In this document: positions 37,856 through 50,642 of the stretch, piece after piece
Layout of the letters: every line of letters begins with the position of its first letter
Numbering within the stretch: position 1 is the first letter of the stretch
Assembly (NCBI GenBank): GCA_032718475.1
Contig: JAUCBJ010007524.1
Location: 236,637-300,636, forward strand
Origin: Nemertoderma westbladi
Taxonomy: Eukaryota; Animalia; Xenacoelomorpha
DNA length: 64,000 nucleotides
Direction of reading: 5' to 3'
Made by a program: the position numbers and the translations under genes
Notes under the pieces: model-generated
Told to the model about the DNA's origin: nothing
Database searches by the model: none
What the model saw: only the letters and a program-made list of their open reading frames with translations

Positions 37856-38322
37856 GGTGTACGGACAATTCCGACCGACAAATTATCTTCTGAAATAAGG
37901 ACGTTTATTTTACCACCATGGGTTTCTACTGTACCACATAAAATAATAATAGATAGGACACAAGTATACTAGGATAAGTTAATTAGGATATTGAAACATT
38001 TTGGCGTGGTCCAGTGCATATAAATATAGTGCACGTTTAAGGGTTGACGCAGAGGTTGGAATGGGTGGCGTGATCCTTTCCTAACGCCTTACCGCTACAC
38101 AAAAGGCAGACACACGTAGGCGTAGCTCTCCAACAGTTTCCACTCCGACAAATCTTGTGACAAGATAAGATCAATTGGAGAGATACTGAGCTGCGGCACT
38201 GCGTCTACAGTATATCCGGTTAGCGGGCCCAGTGCCAGTGAGATAATTATATCGCTAATATCGGGCTAATATCAAATGATCTTTTGACAAATTATAAATT
38301 TGTGTCGGAATTGTCCGGATCC
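37856..38322. mobile_element. MITE with imperfect TIRs
   Basis: Left cggacaattccgac..acaaattat, right ataaatttgtgtcggaattgtccgg. Confidence 0.6.
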
Positions 38323-40220
38323 AGCATAAGACAATTCCACCGTAGAATTTATAATTACTACTTAGCTACATATTTTAACGGCTTTTCTACAGAAAGCTGC
38401 TAACATGTATACTGTAATTGCGCGACCTAGTCAGTGACGGCTTAAAGGATAAACAGCGAGTCTGAACCTGGACCTTGCATGAAGGTTGTAGGTGTTCAGC
38501 AAGCCAATCAGATTCTTCTCTTCTCAATGAAACTACATTAGTTGTGTTTAAGTTTTCCATTGTGGAGAATGGTAGAGCAGAGTAATGCAAGCAAAGCAAA
38601 CAGTCGGCCGAGGCCGGAGGCGACCCGAAGGCTCCTCTTTTTATAGCTGCTACCCGAGGGTAAGACTCCTATCTCTAGAATTGCCGTTTTTCGTTAGTTT
38701 TGTCGAACAAATACGTCTAGCCCGGCGCCCAACCTACTGAGCTAGCCCCGCCTGGGGAAATAATAACTATTTACTTACAGTACTATTAATATTAGTTGAG
38801 TTCATGTGAGTTAATTTACAAACATAATTAGAACACAAATTAATGGCGACTAAACCAATAGTAAATGAAAATCATCGCAATAAGACTGCATCAGGCTAGT
38901 AAACGCAGGATAACGAAAATCAAACAGAAAATGTAAGAAATACACTATCGATGGATATTGACTAAAAATAATTATTGTAGTACACAGGTAATTCAAAATG
39001 ACGGCAGCCAATGTACGTTTTTGGAAAGAAAACTTTCATTTTCGAATTTGATATAGGCCTAGAGTATAAAATTAACTTTTATATATATAATATTTAGATA
39101 TATATACGATTTTCAATTTCATTTTCAATTTTTGACAATTAAAATGTCATTTTTAATAATAAGGCATGCCGAGGAAACAACTAAAATACATTGTAATAAA
39201 ATTAGTTACATAATTAAAGAAAAGGGCAAATTCTTAGATTGAGTTTCTCATACAATCATCATTGTATTTGTAATAGGTATTAATGGAGAACCTATTTAGA
39301 AAAGGTTTCTCCCTAGTATTTAACTAGAGACGGGCCTAACGGCCCGTGAAGAAAGTCGTAGGAGACAGTACGTGTCAAGTAAAAGCTTTTTGTTCTGTCT
39401 GATAATCAATTAGTGTGGGGGTAGTCCCGGTGGTGTACGAGAAATTTTCTAGACAACTTCAAACTATAATTATTATGTTGTAATCATCTAATGAATTATA
39501 AAAGCTGTTGTGATTATAGAAGATAGAGAGCTGTTAGCGAAATGATTATTTTGTTCTATCGGATAGAGTAGTCAGAGAGGAGTCGAGGTGTCAATTGATT
39601 AATAATAATAACAGCAGTTGTCATGAATTCAATACAATCGCTCACAAGAAGTGATAAAGACACATTCGTTCTTATTTTTGTAATAAATAAAACAAGTTGA
39701 GAAGTTTCAATGTAAACCGAGATTAACAATTTACACTGTTCAATGTAAACCACGATATTAATTAATAAATACAACAATTATAGTATTATTATAACAGATT
39801 TTTATATTTAAACTATAATGTTAGCCTTATGGAGAATCATTATGAGGCTGAGTAAACATTCAGCCTTATCAACATACAGCCTCCACAGTATTAATGTTGG
39901 CACAAAGATTTTAAAATAAAACAATAATTAGACGAGAGCTTGAGAGCACAGTACAATCAATAGTAGCCAACACACTGTAAGCGGGGGTTTGGGGGCGGTA
40001 GCCCCCAAGAAAAGAAGCGGGGGTTTGGGGGCGGCAGCTCCCAATTAAAAGAAATTAAAATAATTAAAGGAATTAAAAGAAAAAAAACAAAATTTGACTA
40101 TAAAAATGTTTCTTTTATAATTTTGAAAAACTTGTCTAGATACAACTTGTCCTGTAACCAACCATCTTTAACTTTTGTTTATTGCTTTGATGCACCCAGA
40201 TTAATTTTAACACTTTAACT

Positions 40221-40354
40221 GGGGGGGAAGTGTCCGGGGGGCAAGTGTCCGGGGGGAAGTGTCCGGGGGGGAAGTGTCCTACTTGGGCGGGGGGAAGTGT
40301 CCGGGGGGGAAGTGTCCGGGGGGGAAGTGTCCGGGGGGGAAGTGTCCTAGATCC
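40221..40354. repeat. G-rich 14-15-bp tandem repeat (GGGGGGAAGTGTCC)n, probably a DNA-transposon subterminal array
   Basis: About 8 copies ending agtgtcctagatcc. Confidence 0.85.
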
Positions 40355-41082
40355 AAGTACTTCTTTGTTAGTTGCCCTTCCTATTGAATGCATTACCAGG
40401 CCATCTCTATACATTTTTCATGAGTGCCAGCTGGTGTTTTTATCATTGCGCTTATGTCAATTTTCGTGTTTTGGAGCTATTTTTCGAAATAAAACAAGTT
40501 GAGATGTTTCAATTTAAACCGTGACTTCACAAGTACCCTTAGAAATATACAGTATTTTCATGGTCCATGCAAAATTTCATCAAAATCGTTAGAGCCGTTT
40601 TTGCTCTAGGTCAGTAGCCAGTAGCCAGTAGTCAGTAGCCAGTAGCTTTTTTTTCTTACAGTAATAATTAAAGACGGCGTCAAGACGCCGTGAAGGAACC
40701 GAAGTTAAACCAAAACAAAAACTAATATTTTTACAGGCCATAAGCCGCTAACTATTTTTTTCAGGATATCAACTCTAAACCAGTTTCGAATCGGAGCCCC
40801 TGGTTACGAATTTGGATTTCCAATTACGAATTTGAATACCTGGTTACAAATCTGTATTTTTCGCATTACGAATCAATGTGTGTTTGGTTAAAAATATTAG
40901 CACCTTGTCACGAATTGATGTCCCTGGTTACAATTTGTTACAAATGGTTGCAAATATCACATAGCACCCAAGTATCAGGCAGCACTACCTATACTAATAC
41001 TGTAACTTGCACGTATGTTCAGCATTTATAATAAAAAATTGCACCAAGGTAGTGAACAAAGGAGACAGCTGTTTTGCTCTTA

Positions 41083-41150
41083 GACAGCTGTTATTTGCGT
41101 CGAATTTCCCCTGGGGAGGGATGCATTTTTATTGCGTCCAGTTCCCCCAC
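41083..41150 (-). mobile_element. Partial inverted copy 4 of the dispersed MITE
   Basis: aatttcccctggggagggatgcatttttattgcgtccag is the reverse complement of the copy 1/2 left end. Confidence 0.65.
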
Positions 41151-42208
41151 CCCCCCCCCCCCCCCCCCCCCCCCCCCTATCTGGAACAAAGTTAGTTAGC
41201 AAACTATTGTAATATCTCATAATCTGTTCCTAATAATTATTAAAGCAGTTAGGGCAACATATATCATGTCTACATCAAAATTATATCTGATACCAAACAC
41301 CACTCATAGTATTAATGTTGCTAAAACATAATTAGACCTCCAAACTCTCATTTTAATTGAACATTGCAAGTAGTATAGTTTATCAATAGTACCCTACAGT
41401 TAGGTTCATATATGGCGAGTCAGAACTGCGATTAACTTAGGAACTTAGGTGTAGGTTTCAGTGTATGTGTGTGTCGGAAGCCAATATCAGAATATATAAC
41501 TAGCCATAGTATAATTATAATTGTTCGCTGAGATGGGTTGTAGCTTCTGCTGCACGAAGGCCTCACTCGTGTACACTCTATAACTAAAAAGTCATTCAGG
41601 TGGCCAGCTTTTCCCAGGAACCTACTGTAATAGACATTCGCATTCATTGAATCCAGGGCAACAGTTTGTGTTGGATTAAAGGAGCTATCAGCTGGGTAAA
41701 ATGTTATACAGAGACATGTAGATCCCACTCTGTATTCCTTCTGGTTTGCCAGATTAATATAATTAATTTTTGCCAAGCAAGTCATTAACCTACCTCCCTC
41801 TCGGATTTTTAAATACATAAATTATTATTAGCTGAGGAGAATAGTACCATTACTAGTAACCAAACCAACACTCATTAGAAGCATCCTATGTGTGTAACTA
41901 AAATTCATTCCGCTGACCCACCACCTAACACAGCGCACGCAGTGAGTCAGTCACCTTGTGGATATTCCCTTAGGTAGCCCTGGGAAGGTTATTCAGCTGA
42001 TGGGATAATAGATTACAAACTAACCAAGTTAATATTTGCTTATACAGTAGTCCGGATTGAAAGAGTGAGTGATTAAAATTAAAAACTTGGCACAGAAAGT
42101 ACATCCTTGTATGTTTGGCCCTTCCTTAGTAGGCCATCTCTATCTATTTTTCATATGCTCCAGCTGGTGTTTTATCATTGCGCCTATGGCGTTTTTTCGT
42201 TTATGACT

Positions 42209-42243
<35 letters not shown>

Positions 42244-42717
42244 TCTAGGCGAATTAACAATATTAATTATCAATAATTGTAATGGAGAAGTTTACATCGC
42301 ACCAAGACAATAAAGGAAAGTCAATAGGGACATGTTACAGTTAAATTTTTGGTGGTAAATCAGATGTTATTTGGTCGATTTCCCCATGGAGAGTGAAATC
42401 CCCCCCACCCCCCGCTCATATTGTGTAAGTATACAATGCATGAACCGATACAATCTGCCAGTCTACTTTACTATATTAATTTTTTATTCATGACATGATT
42501 TGTTTGAGAGGTTGCCATGCAACCGTAGATCAATTACACGTTTTAGGTGATCTATTAATTGTTAACTTTACTGAGGCTGAACAGTCTTACTTCGCTATTC
42601 AAGGTAAAGTTGTCCTCTAAAGACATATTGTGGTCTATATATGGGCCGGGATAAAGTATTGAAAAGTAATAATAACCCCGGGCTAAACAATTAAAAATAA
42701 GTTAATCCCCTTAATAT

Positions 42718-43437
42718 TTAGGTGGATTGGCCGCTTGAAACACCATTCACTCTATTAGAACAACAAAACTTCCTTATGCCCCTGGCCATTGTCTCCCTGT
42801 AAGACTTCGAAGACGCCGAATAAATTAGAACATTCCAGAAACTGTTAATGTAACCAACCCAAGTAAATGCGAAGTTCAGTTCGACTGATAATGGAGTGTC
42901 GACAATGAGATTGATCACCTGTAGTAGGCCATAGGGTAACCAGGAAACCATGTAGCCACCCACCACCACCCCGAGAATCAACATCGTTTCGTGTCTGGAT
43001 TTAACCAATTCTTTTGCGAGGCTTCCTTCGTTGCTCATCCGAATTACGGCGACATGTTGTCTACGTATCGCGTTGGCATGGCGCCGTCCAATCACGTAAA
43101 CTCGAGTGTATATCGCTATCAGGATCATAGTGGGTGCGACCATAAACAGACCAAACGCAGCACTGGTAAAGTAGATTTGTTCTTGCAGTTTCTGTTGTTG
43201 ATAGTACCTCGTGTAGCAGTTGGACATCGTCGGATGGAAAACCATAATTCCCATATCTCCATTCGAGGATGGGACAAGAAACGATGTTCCTGTTGCTATG
43301 GCAACGAATGTCCATGTTGCCAGAATAACAAATATTGCCCTGTTTCTCGTAAATATGCGGTCGAATTTCAAGGCGAACTCGATACTAAACCAACGCTCTA
43401 TGGATACCTCGAGTAGCATCAGGATACTATAACAGTT
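42718..43437 (-). CDS. Class A (rhodopsin-like, amine-receptor-like) GPCR, TM3-TM7 only
   Basis: SILMLLEVSIERW (DRY-like), TM4 W, TM5 P...IYTRVY, TM6 SWLPY, TM7 YINSFWNVLIY; TM1-2 not found; possible acceptor ttatag at 43427. Confidence 0.85.
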   Translation of the reverse strand, partial: NCYSILMLLEVSIERWFSIEFALKFDRIFTRNRAIFVILATWTFVAIATGTSFLVPSSNGDMGIMVFHPTMSNCYTRYYQQQKLQEQIYFTSAAFGLFMVAPTMILIAIYTRVYVIGRRHANAIRRQHVAVIRMSNEGSLAKELVKSRHETMLILGVVVGGYMVSWLPYGLLQVINLIVDTPLSVELNFAFTWVGYINSFWNVLIYSASSKSYRETMARGIRKFCCSNRVNGVSSGQST

Positions 43438-44503
43438 TTTAAAAAGGGAGTGGCACTCATCCACATGACGTCATTAACTATTTTTATTTACCGTCTCGTA
43501 TCTTTACTTTCTTATGGCTTATTCCGGAAAGTATTCCGTATAAGTATATAATTTTTGAACTTTAAATTTGTCAATAATATTTTTACTATTTTTCAAAACA
43601 ATTTTCAAGTTTTCAAAAAAAGCACTGTTTTTTTCTCGTAAAATATGTTATAACCGTTGAACAATTACAAAACTAAAAAAAAGTGCACGAATTTTATTAT
43701 TGCGCACACTAGTAGCTTTCATTTGATGCAAAAAACCTACAAATTAGTTTAAAAATGGCGGAGGAGTAGTTTTTTATAAATGAAAAAATACCATTCAGAG
43801 ATAATTGCCTTTAAAGTTTGATCCTTCCTTCGCAAAAACTGTCCGTTATGGTGATGTAAGTCAATATACAGAAGCAACACAAAAGCATAAAAAGTCATGC
43901 TAAGATTTTAGCTATGGGGGTTTTCCTGGTCGCTGATTTCATTTCTGAGTTAACTTTTCATTTTTAATAAATTCTAGTAGTTAGTATTTTTGTCTCTCTG
44001 TGGGTCTTTCTGACTATCCGACAATCTGTCAGTCAAATATAAGAAAAATGCTAACTAAGGTTTAGCTCTAGGGATTTTTCTGGTCGCAGAATCCATTTCG
44101 AGTGTCAGTTTTAACATTTGATGACTTCCAAGTTGTCTGTTTGGCTGTCGGTTAAATTTTGACGGACAGACTGACAGGCACACAGACAGGAACGACGACG
44201 CCAAATTTGAATACTGATATCACGAATGAAGTCACGCACCAAGAAAACCCATATAGGAAATTTTTTAGACAGATTGTATGAATTCTATTATTTTGGAGAC
44301 ATACTGACGGACAGACCGACAGTAAAATCTGTCATATCTCATGAGTCATATGTCGAGAAGTATGACAGATCTGGCTAAACGGTTTCAATATTTGGAATCT
44401 TGATTAAAATCTGCTCTAGTTGAAAATATCTTTATATACAGTATTAACAAATTTGTTAATAGTTATTTGTTAACAATGAATAGAATGAGATTGACCCCCC
44501 ACT

Positions 44504-46200
44504 CTACTACTACTACTACTACTAGGTCGAGCGAACTCGGACAGTGGAAATGAGATCCTTCCAGGCTTCCCGATTCTCTATAGTTGTCGCAATTTCGTTT
44601 CTCCCAAGTTCAGTATCCCTTTCAAGTTGATCTATATATGTTATGGCCGGTCGTCCACGACTACGCTTTCCATGAGTTGGTTACCAGAAAAGTAGATCTG
44701 GTATGACCTCGTCTTTGCTTCGCCAGCAGTGCCCACTGAATCTTAATCTGCGTTCACGGAGTTTGGTTGATACAGGTGGTATTGTACCATAAAGCTCGGC
44801 GTTTGTCATGTGTTGTCTCCAGCTGTTGTTTAGGGCTGCCCTTAGTAGTCTTGTGTAGCAACCATCAATTCGTTGTTCAAGTGATTTAGTCAGTGTCCAG
44901 GTCTCACCCCCGTATAAAAATACACTTTCCACTGTGGCTCGAAAGAACTTAGTCTTCAGGTGCCTGGAGAGATCTGCTTTCCAGATGGTATCCATTTTTG
45001 ATAGAGCTACCCAAGCCTTTGCTTTCCTAACTTCTATGTCCTTTTTGCTACTCTCTATCCATGATCCAAGGTACTGGAAGTCGTCAACCTTCCTTAGTTG
45101 ATTATTGTCAATGGTTGTCAAGTTTCCATCAACATTAAAGGTGATGAATTCATTAGCAGCATTTATATGCAATCCAACCTCCTTAGCAGCGCTCTCCACT
45201 TTATTTAGTAGAAGCTGTGCATCTGCTAGGGTATTAGAGAGCAGGGCGATGTCATCCGCAAAGTCGGTGTCTGTAACTGTAGTTGCCGGATATCTACTAC
45301 TTCTGCGTTCTTGAAGTGTGAATCCCAGATCTTCACCCTTTGTGGCCGTCCTCATTGCGTAATCCAGCACAAATACAAATAGTAATGGTGCTAATGTGTC
45401 ACCTTGCAGTACCCCAGCCAGGATTGAGAAAAACTCAGTTTCAGCATCTGGTGAGAGTACCTGCGCTTCTGTGTCACAATATAACAATCCAATGGCAGCA
45501 ATAATTACTTCTGGTATTCCATAAGCTCTTAGGATTTCAAGCATTTTACCTCTATGGATGGAGTCGAATGCCTTCTTGAAGTCCACAAAAGTCATGACTG
45601 CGGGGAGATTCTTTGACTTAATTCCTTCAATCAGTCTCCGTAGTGCAAGTATCTGAGCTATTGTTGATCTACTTGGTCGAAATCCGTTTTGGCTCTTACG
45701 CAGTAGTTTCTCTATGTGAGGCCTAATCCTATATAGAATCTTTTTATTGTATAATTTGGCAGCTACCACAAGCAGAGAGATCCCACGATAGTTTGTTGGT
45801 ATACCGAGGTTCCTTTCTTCAGGAGAGGCTTTAGTTGACCTTAAGTCCAAATTGGTGGTGGCTTTTCCCCTTTTAACATCCGGTTGCAAACATTCAATAA
45901 TGGTTTGTTTAGCACTCCGGTTTTCCATACCTCCGCTGGGATTTCATCTAATCCACTCGCTTTATTATTGGACATGCTTTTAATGCTTCTTTGGAGTTCG
46001 GCAGGTGTGAAGTCCCCTGTTTCTATAGGTAGTGTCTTGTCATATATTTTCCTTGTAGGGCTGACCTCGATGTTTGGTGGCTGCCCAAGCAAGTTGCTGA
46101 AGTGATTTTTCCACTTCCCAACACGTTTTTCAGGACTATCGGCTTTGAGGCGCCCCTTTGCACATCTTTTCCGACCAGATACCTCATTTACAGTTGGCCA
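44504..46200 (-). mobile_element. 5'-truncated RTE-clade LINE, second subfamily
   Basis: NKASGLDEIPAEVWK, NYRGISLL, QNGFR, FVDFKKAFDSIHR, GVLQGDTLAP, DFADD, FQYLGS; premature stop at 44681; ends in (TAG)n. Confidence 0.93.
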
Positions 46201-46671
46201 GGTAAGTATTGATTGTTGATGTATGTGAGCAGTTGTATATAGTATCCCGGGTTGAGAATCGTATCATATTAGTAAAGTACTACCTAATGGCAAGGTACTG
46301 GCATGATAATTATACTAAATTTTTACAATTACCACATTTTGCATTATTTGTTAAGGAATTAAAAAATACTTGCCAAGTACAGTATAGATTTTAAGAAATA
46401 TTTGGGTGGGCACTTATCATGCAATGCACTTACCAAATTCTTAACAAATTTTGTATATCTAGAATATAATTTCGATGACTTTATAATCATGCAATGCACT
46501 TACCAAATTCTTAACAAATTTTGTATACCTAGAACATACTTTCGTTGACTTTATAACTTGACAAAAATTTAATAAGAACTTTAGTGGTGCTTTACACGCA
46601 TTGCAATTAAAAATCAGTCACATGATCCACCGCCAATAAATGACTCATTCAGTCATTTTGTGGTCAGTAGG

Positions 46672-47750
46672 TGTTCGCGCTTTCAGACCTTTGGCAGTTT
46701 AACCCGCCAAATTAGAATGTCTTCTAGATAATAAATCGCTTTTTAGTCTATGACAAGTATTTGATTCACTACACTAGTCGAAACCAATCTGTGCGCGATC
46801 ATTCACCCGCTGGATATTCCCGGGAGATTGGGTTCGACGGTTTAATTTTATTGCTATGTAAGCCTAATGTATTATTCGACTGACAGTACTATATAATCTC
46901 TGACAATATCATTCACCTTCGGTAATATTAACAGTTCCTTTAGGACGTGGCGCTTTATCTACATAAACAGAGTTATGACTTAAACTACTCACAACGATAT
47001 GGCTTAATTATAATTCACATATATGGCGCATTCTTTAGGAATTGCTTCTTTAACAGACTCACTCATACACAATGCTGCACAATACTGCACACTAATCTGC
47101 CAATCTTCACTGATTTTAATCACATATAAAAGGAACACAGACTGACTCATGTAGGGTCTATCAAATAACATTAGATTCACTTCAAACCACTTTAACATAA
47201 GTCACAATCGTTTATCTGTAACCCTTCTCTCTTACCTTCGGTATATCAAGAATATTGGGTTTCGGGGTTATTTATCGTTATTCCAAATATAATAATTCAT
47301 CAACCATATTATGAAGAACTGACAGTAAATAGCAGTATAAAACAACAACTGAACACTGATTGTTATGAGTTTGCAATGTTTCAGCAGTCAGGATGTATGA
47401 TCAGTCAGCAGTCCGCAGGTTAAAGGATATATGCCCTTTATAATTAAACCTACTAGTGTAAGACTAAAAAACAGTAAAGCACAAAATACTTCCAAGCCGT
47501 TCTTTCTTTGGCTCAGGACTGAATGTAAACACTGCACATAGGCATTGCGTCATTTCTCGGAAATTTTCTGTACAAGGAGCCACAAAAACGCTCTAATTGG
47601 CTGACTGAACTGAGAGACGCCGTAGAACAAAGGAAATCAACACGTATGAATGTCAGCTGTTAACCGTAGTCATAGTAACTACTGTTCAAGAGTAGCTATC
47701 ACCCCTTTGCGTCACGAATTGCCATAGAATCATAAAATATGCCTTTCACA
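46672..47750 (-). repeat. Solo LTR related to the BEL B LTR
   Basis: Inverted similarity to ~36140-36840 including identical aacagttcctttaggacgtggcgctttatct and the terminal gcgcgaaca; far boundary (tgtgaaag at 47750) is tentative, flanks gtagg/gtaca. Confidence 0.7.
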
Positions 47751-47805
47751 GTACACATACGGAGGAAATAGGTCTTAGATCCTCTAAAAACACCGATACA
47801 GCAAT

Positions 47806-49517
47806 CCCAGTTAAACATGAGTATGTGTTTCATATATGGTTGCCATAAATAATTCGACATGTGATACATATATGTAAATGTTACAGTGTTGTCAAATGTG
47901 ATCCATATGTGGAATGTTCACATGTGATACACATATGTTTTTTATGTGACAAGTGCGACAAAAAGAGTAAAAATTTCAACTGAGACCGACCAATCACTGG
48001 TGTGGGTCTGCATTTCCTATAGAGAGGTGGGGCGGGGTGGGGGGGTAGCCTACCTCAGTACCTTATCCTATCCAATCCCTACATCCTATCCTACGGCCCT
48101 ACACCTACCCTATACATTTAGAGAAGGAAGCATCGGAGTATATATGAAAATATTTAATCCATAGTGATATGAGAGTATCCTTAATAGATTTTGGTGATGA
48201 TCCGTAAATTCGTATTCTATTAGTTAGATTTAATTAAGTTATCTAATTTCCAGCTATAATAGATTATTCATTTTGATTAATCTTCGAAAATTAATTAATT
48301 CTAAGGTCATATAATTGCTTATATGATATTTTATATCTAATTTTAAGACATCTTTTCCATACAACATATATATACCACATATGAAACATATGTTCAATTT
48401 TTTAACGGGATAAGAACTGCAATAGGCCTGCCTACCTTACGGATGGTATAGTGCATGTATGTTATCTGTCTGTCTGTCCCTAACTGATACCTAGCAGCGC
48501 AGATGACAATGCACAACCACGCAACCTGACAAGTGAAAACCACCATACATCCATACATATGTTTGTCTAATTCTATTAATACAGCACTGTACACAAGTGT
48601 ACAATGCACATGCACAGCACAATGTGCATAGTGCAAGGCAGAAAGCAGGCAAATCACACACTGCATCATACTGAACAATTGAGTGGACTATGATAAGCGG
48701 TAGGCTTATGCAACGCATTATGCTGTTATGGGTAAAATATAAAATAATTTGCGATTCACTAGCTAAACTGCAAGCGACACGACGTGGTTAAGAAGAAAGA
48801 TTGCAGGATCAGACTATGAAATGCCTATCATTTTAAGAATGTGTCCCACCACCGGCCCTCAAATGCAATAAACAAAACAATTGGACGATCGACTATGGTT
48901 ACTTCAATTTAGTGTCATACACGCATACAGCCTTCACAGATCATTTAAAGCGTATAGCAGGCCTATGTATTGATTATACATTATATGGTAAATAGCCGGT
49001 ACTTTGAAAATACAGTATAACAAAAAATATAGATTCAACGTATTATACTGCTGATTAAAACGATATTTGTTCTTAATGCAAAAAGCTGAGTAGTGAGTGA
49101 CATCAACAAATTCCGCATCCCCCCGCGCTATTCTTTTCTGTACATGTATTACTGTAAGGCCTGCATTACCATAAGGCAAACATGTGTGCAACATATAAAA
49201 TCCATGAACTGGATTACACAATTACGAATTGAATAGTTTATGGATTTAAATTTAACTAGGAGTCTTGGCTATGGCTATTTCACATATGCTCGACATATAT
49301 TATTCACATGCGCATTCTCACACATTTATTTATGATAAATTCATATGTGCAACATATAAATACCATAAATGGCGATACACACATTCTAAGTGTATGTATC
49401 ACCGCATGCGTGACATGTATTATTCATACATGAGCATAAAAACCCAATTTCCTGACACACCTATTCCATACAACATATATATACCACATATGAAACATAA
49501 GTTCATGTTTAACTGGG
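47806..49517. mobile_element. Non-autonomous CMC/EnSpm-like DNA transposon
   Basis: TIR CCCAGTTAAACATGA / TCATGTTTAACTGGG, 2-bp TSD AT, catatg-rich subterminal repeats; a second right-end-like copy near 48375-48410. Confidence 0.8.
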
Positions 49518-50084
49518 ATAATACGGTCTCTTACACTTATTAAATCAACTACAGAGTATTTTAATGTAAAAGATAATAAAAATAACGGGGCAATTCAGCA
49601 AAGGCTTTTACAGTAGGCCTACTGCAGCTGTACTGCAGAGTTGCGTTTATTGAGTTTTCTTTATTTACGTTTAATTGCTTAATGAGTTTTGCTTACTTTA
49701 ATAAATAGTGTATAAGGTTTTGTTACTTTAATTTATACTGGTAGTTTTATTGCTGTTTGTTTACTTCAATTCAATTGTTTATTGTATTTTGTACTCTTTA
49801 ATTTTGTTATTCTTTATAGAGTTTTGTAATCTTTAATTGTTTAGTGCCTGTTGTATACTTGTTTTGTTTATTGTTTATTTGTTTTGTTTGTACTGTCTAT
49901 ATCGTTAATGAAATATTTATGGTTTGCCTAATTGTCCTATTGTTGCTAATTGACAATTTAATTGAATTAATGCCTAATTGATACAATTAAAATTCAAATT
50001 ATTTGAATGTTAGTGAAATTTGATTAATAACAATTGACTTTGGAAGAATTGGAATTTAAAAAAGGCCTCATAATCCAAAGACAT

Positions 50085-50642
50085 ATATTGAACTCCGTGA
50101 TGTTGTTGGGGATCTGGCCTCTCTAGCATTTGGACCACGAAACGTGACAGTCGGAACCCATAGTCAGAGACCAGCCTGGATTAAGTGGAGAGGCAGGACT
50201 TGGTGTGATGTATGAGTTCGGGGGGCATTCAACCGGCAGACTCAGGCATTGTTAGATATCAGGGTCGTAAACCTTGACGCCGAGCCATATGCGGGACGCC
50301 CCCCGATGAGGGTCCTAGAATCTGTGGAGGACGACAAAACCGCACTATATGTGGAACCAGCGAGACAGAGGAGAGCGGACTTTGCACCCTTCGTAGTCTC
50401 TTGTCTCTCCGTAGAATGGAGTTCTGGCACCGCATGCCAACAAGCTCCCGAGTATCTTCGCTGATAGGTTACACCACAACTGGGACAGACCTTATAGCAA
50501 CGTCAGGGGGTGGGTTCGCCGCCGTGTGCAGTTCGTCATAGTTCGAGGGGCTTCTCATTGCATCAGGGAGTCGAGGCTAAAGTGGCACAGTGGTCTGGGT
50601 ACGGAGGATGGAGCTGGATTGCCGATCACTCCACTCGTTTGA
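50085..50642 (+). mobile_element. 3' fragment of a CRE-like non-LTR retrotransposon (restriction-like endonuclease domain)
   Basis: VRGAFNRQTQALLDIRVVNLDAEPY...K...Y...RADFAPFVVS, then WVRRRVQF...CIRESR...EDGAGLP*, the typical RLE tail; frameshifted. Confidence 0.75.

Noticed and set aside
43438-43464. GTG start of the GPCR ORF (MDECHSLF)
   Set aside because: Lies in repeat-like sequence and would give a receptor without TM1-2.
36140-47750. Giant TIR transposon capturing the GPCR
   Set aside because: The inverted repeats are better explained as two LTRs: one follows a PPT and both end at the same CA terminus.
47946-49543. Several 60-95-aa Cys/His/Tyr-rich ORFs
   Set aside because: Low-complexity catatg/tgca repeats inside a non-autonomous transposon.
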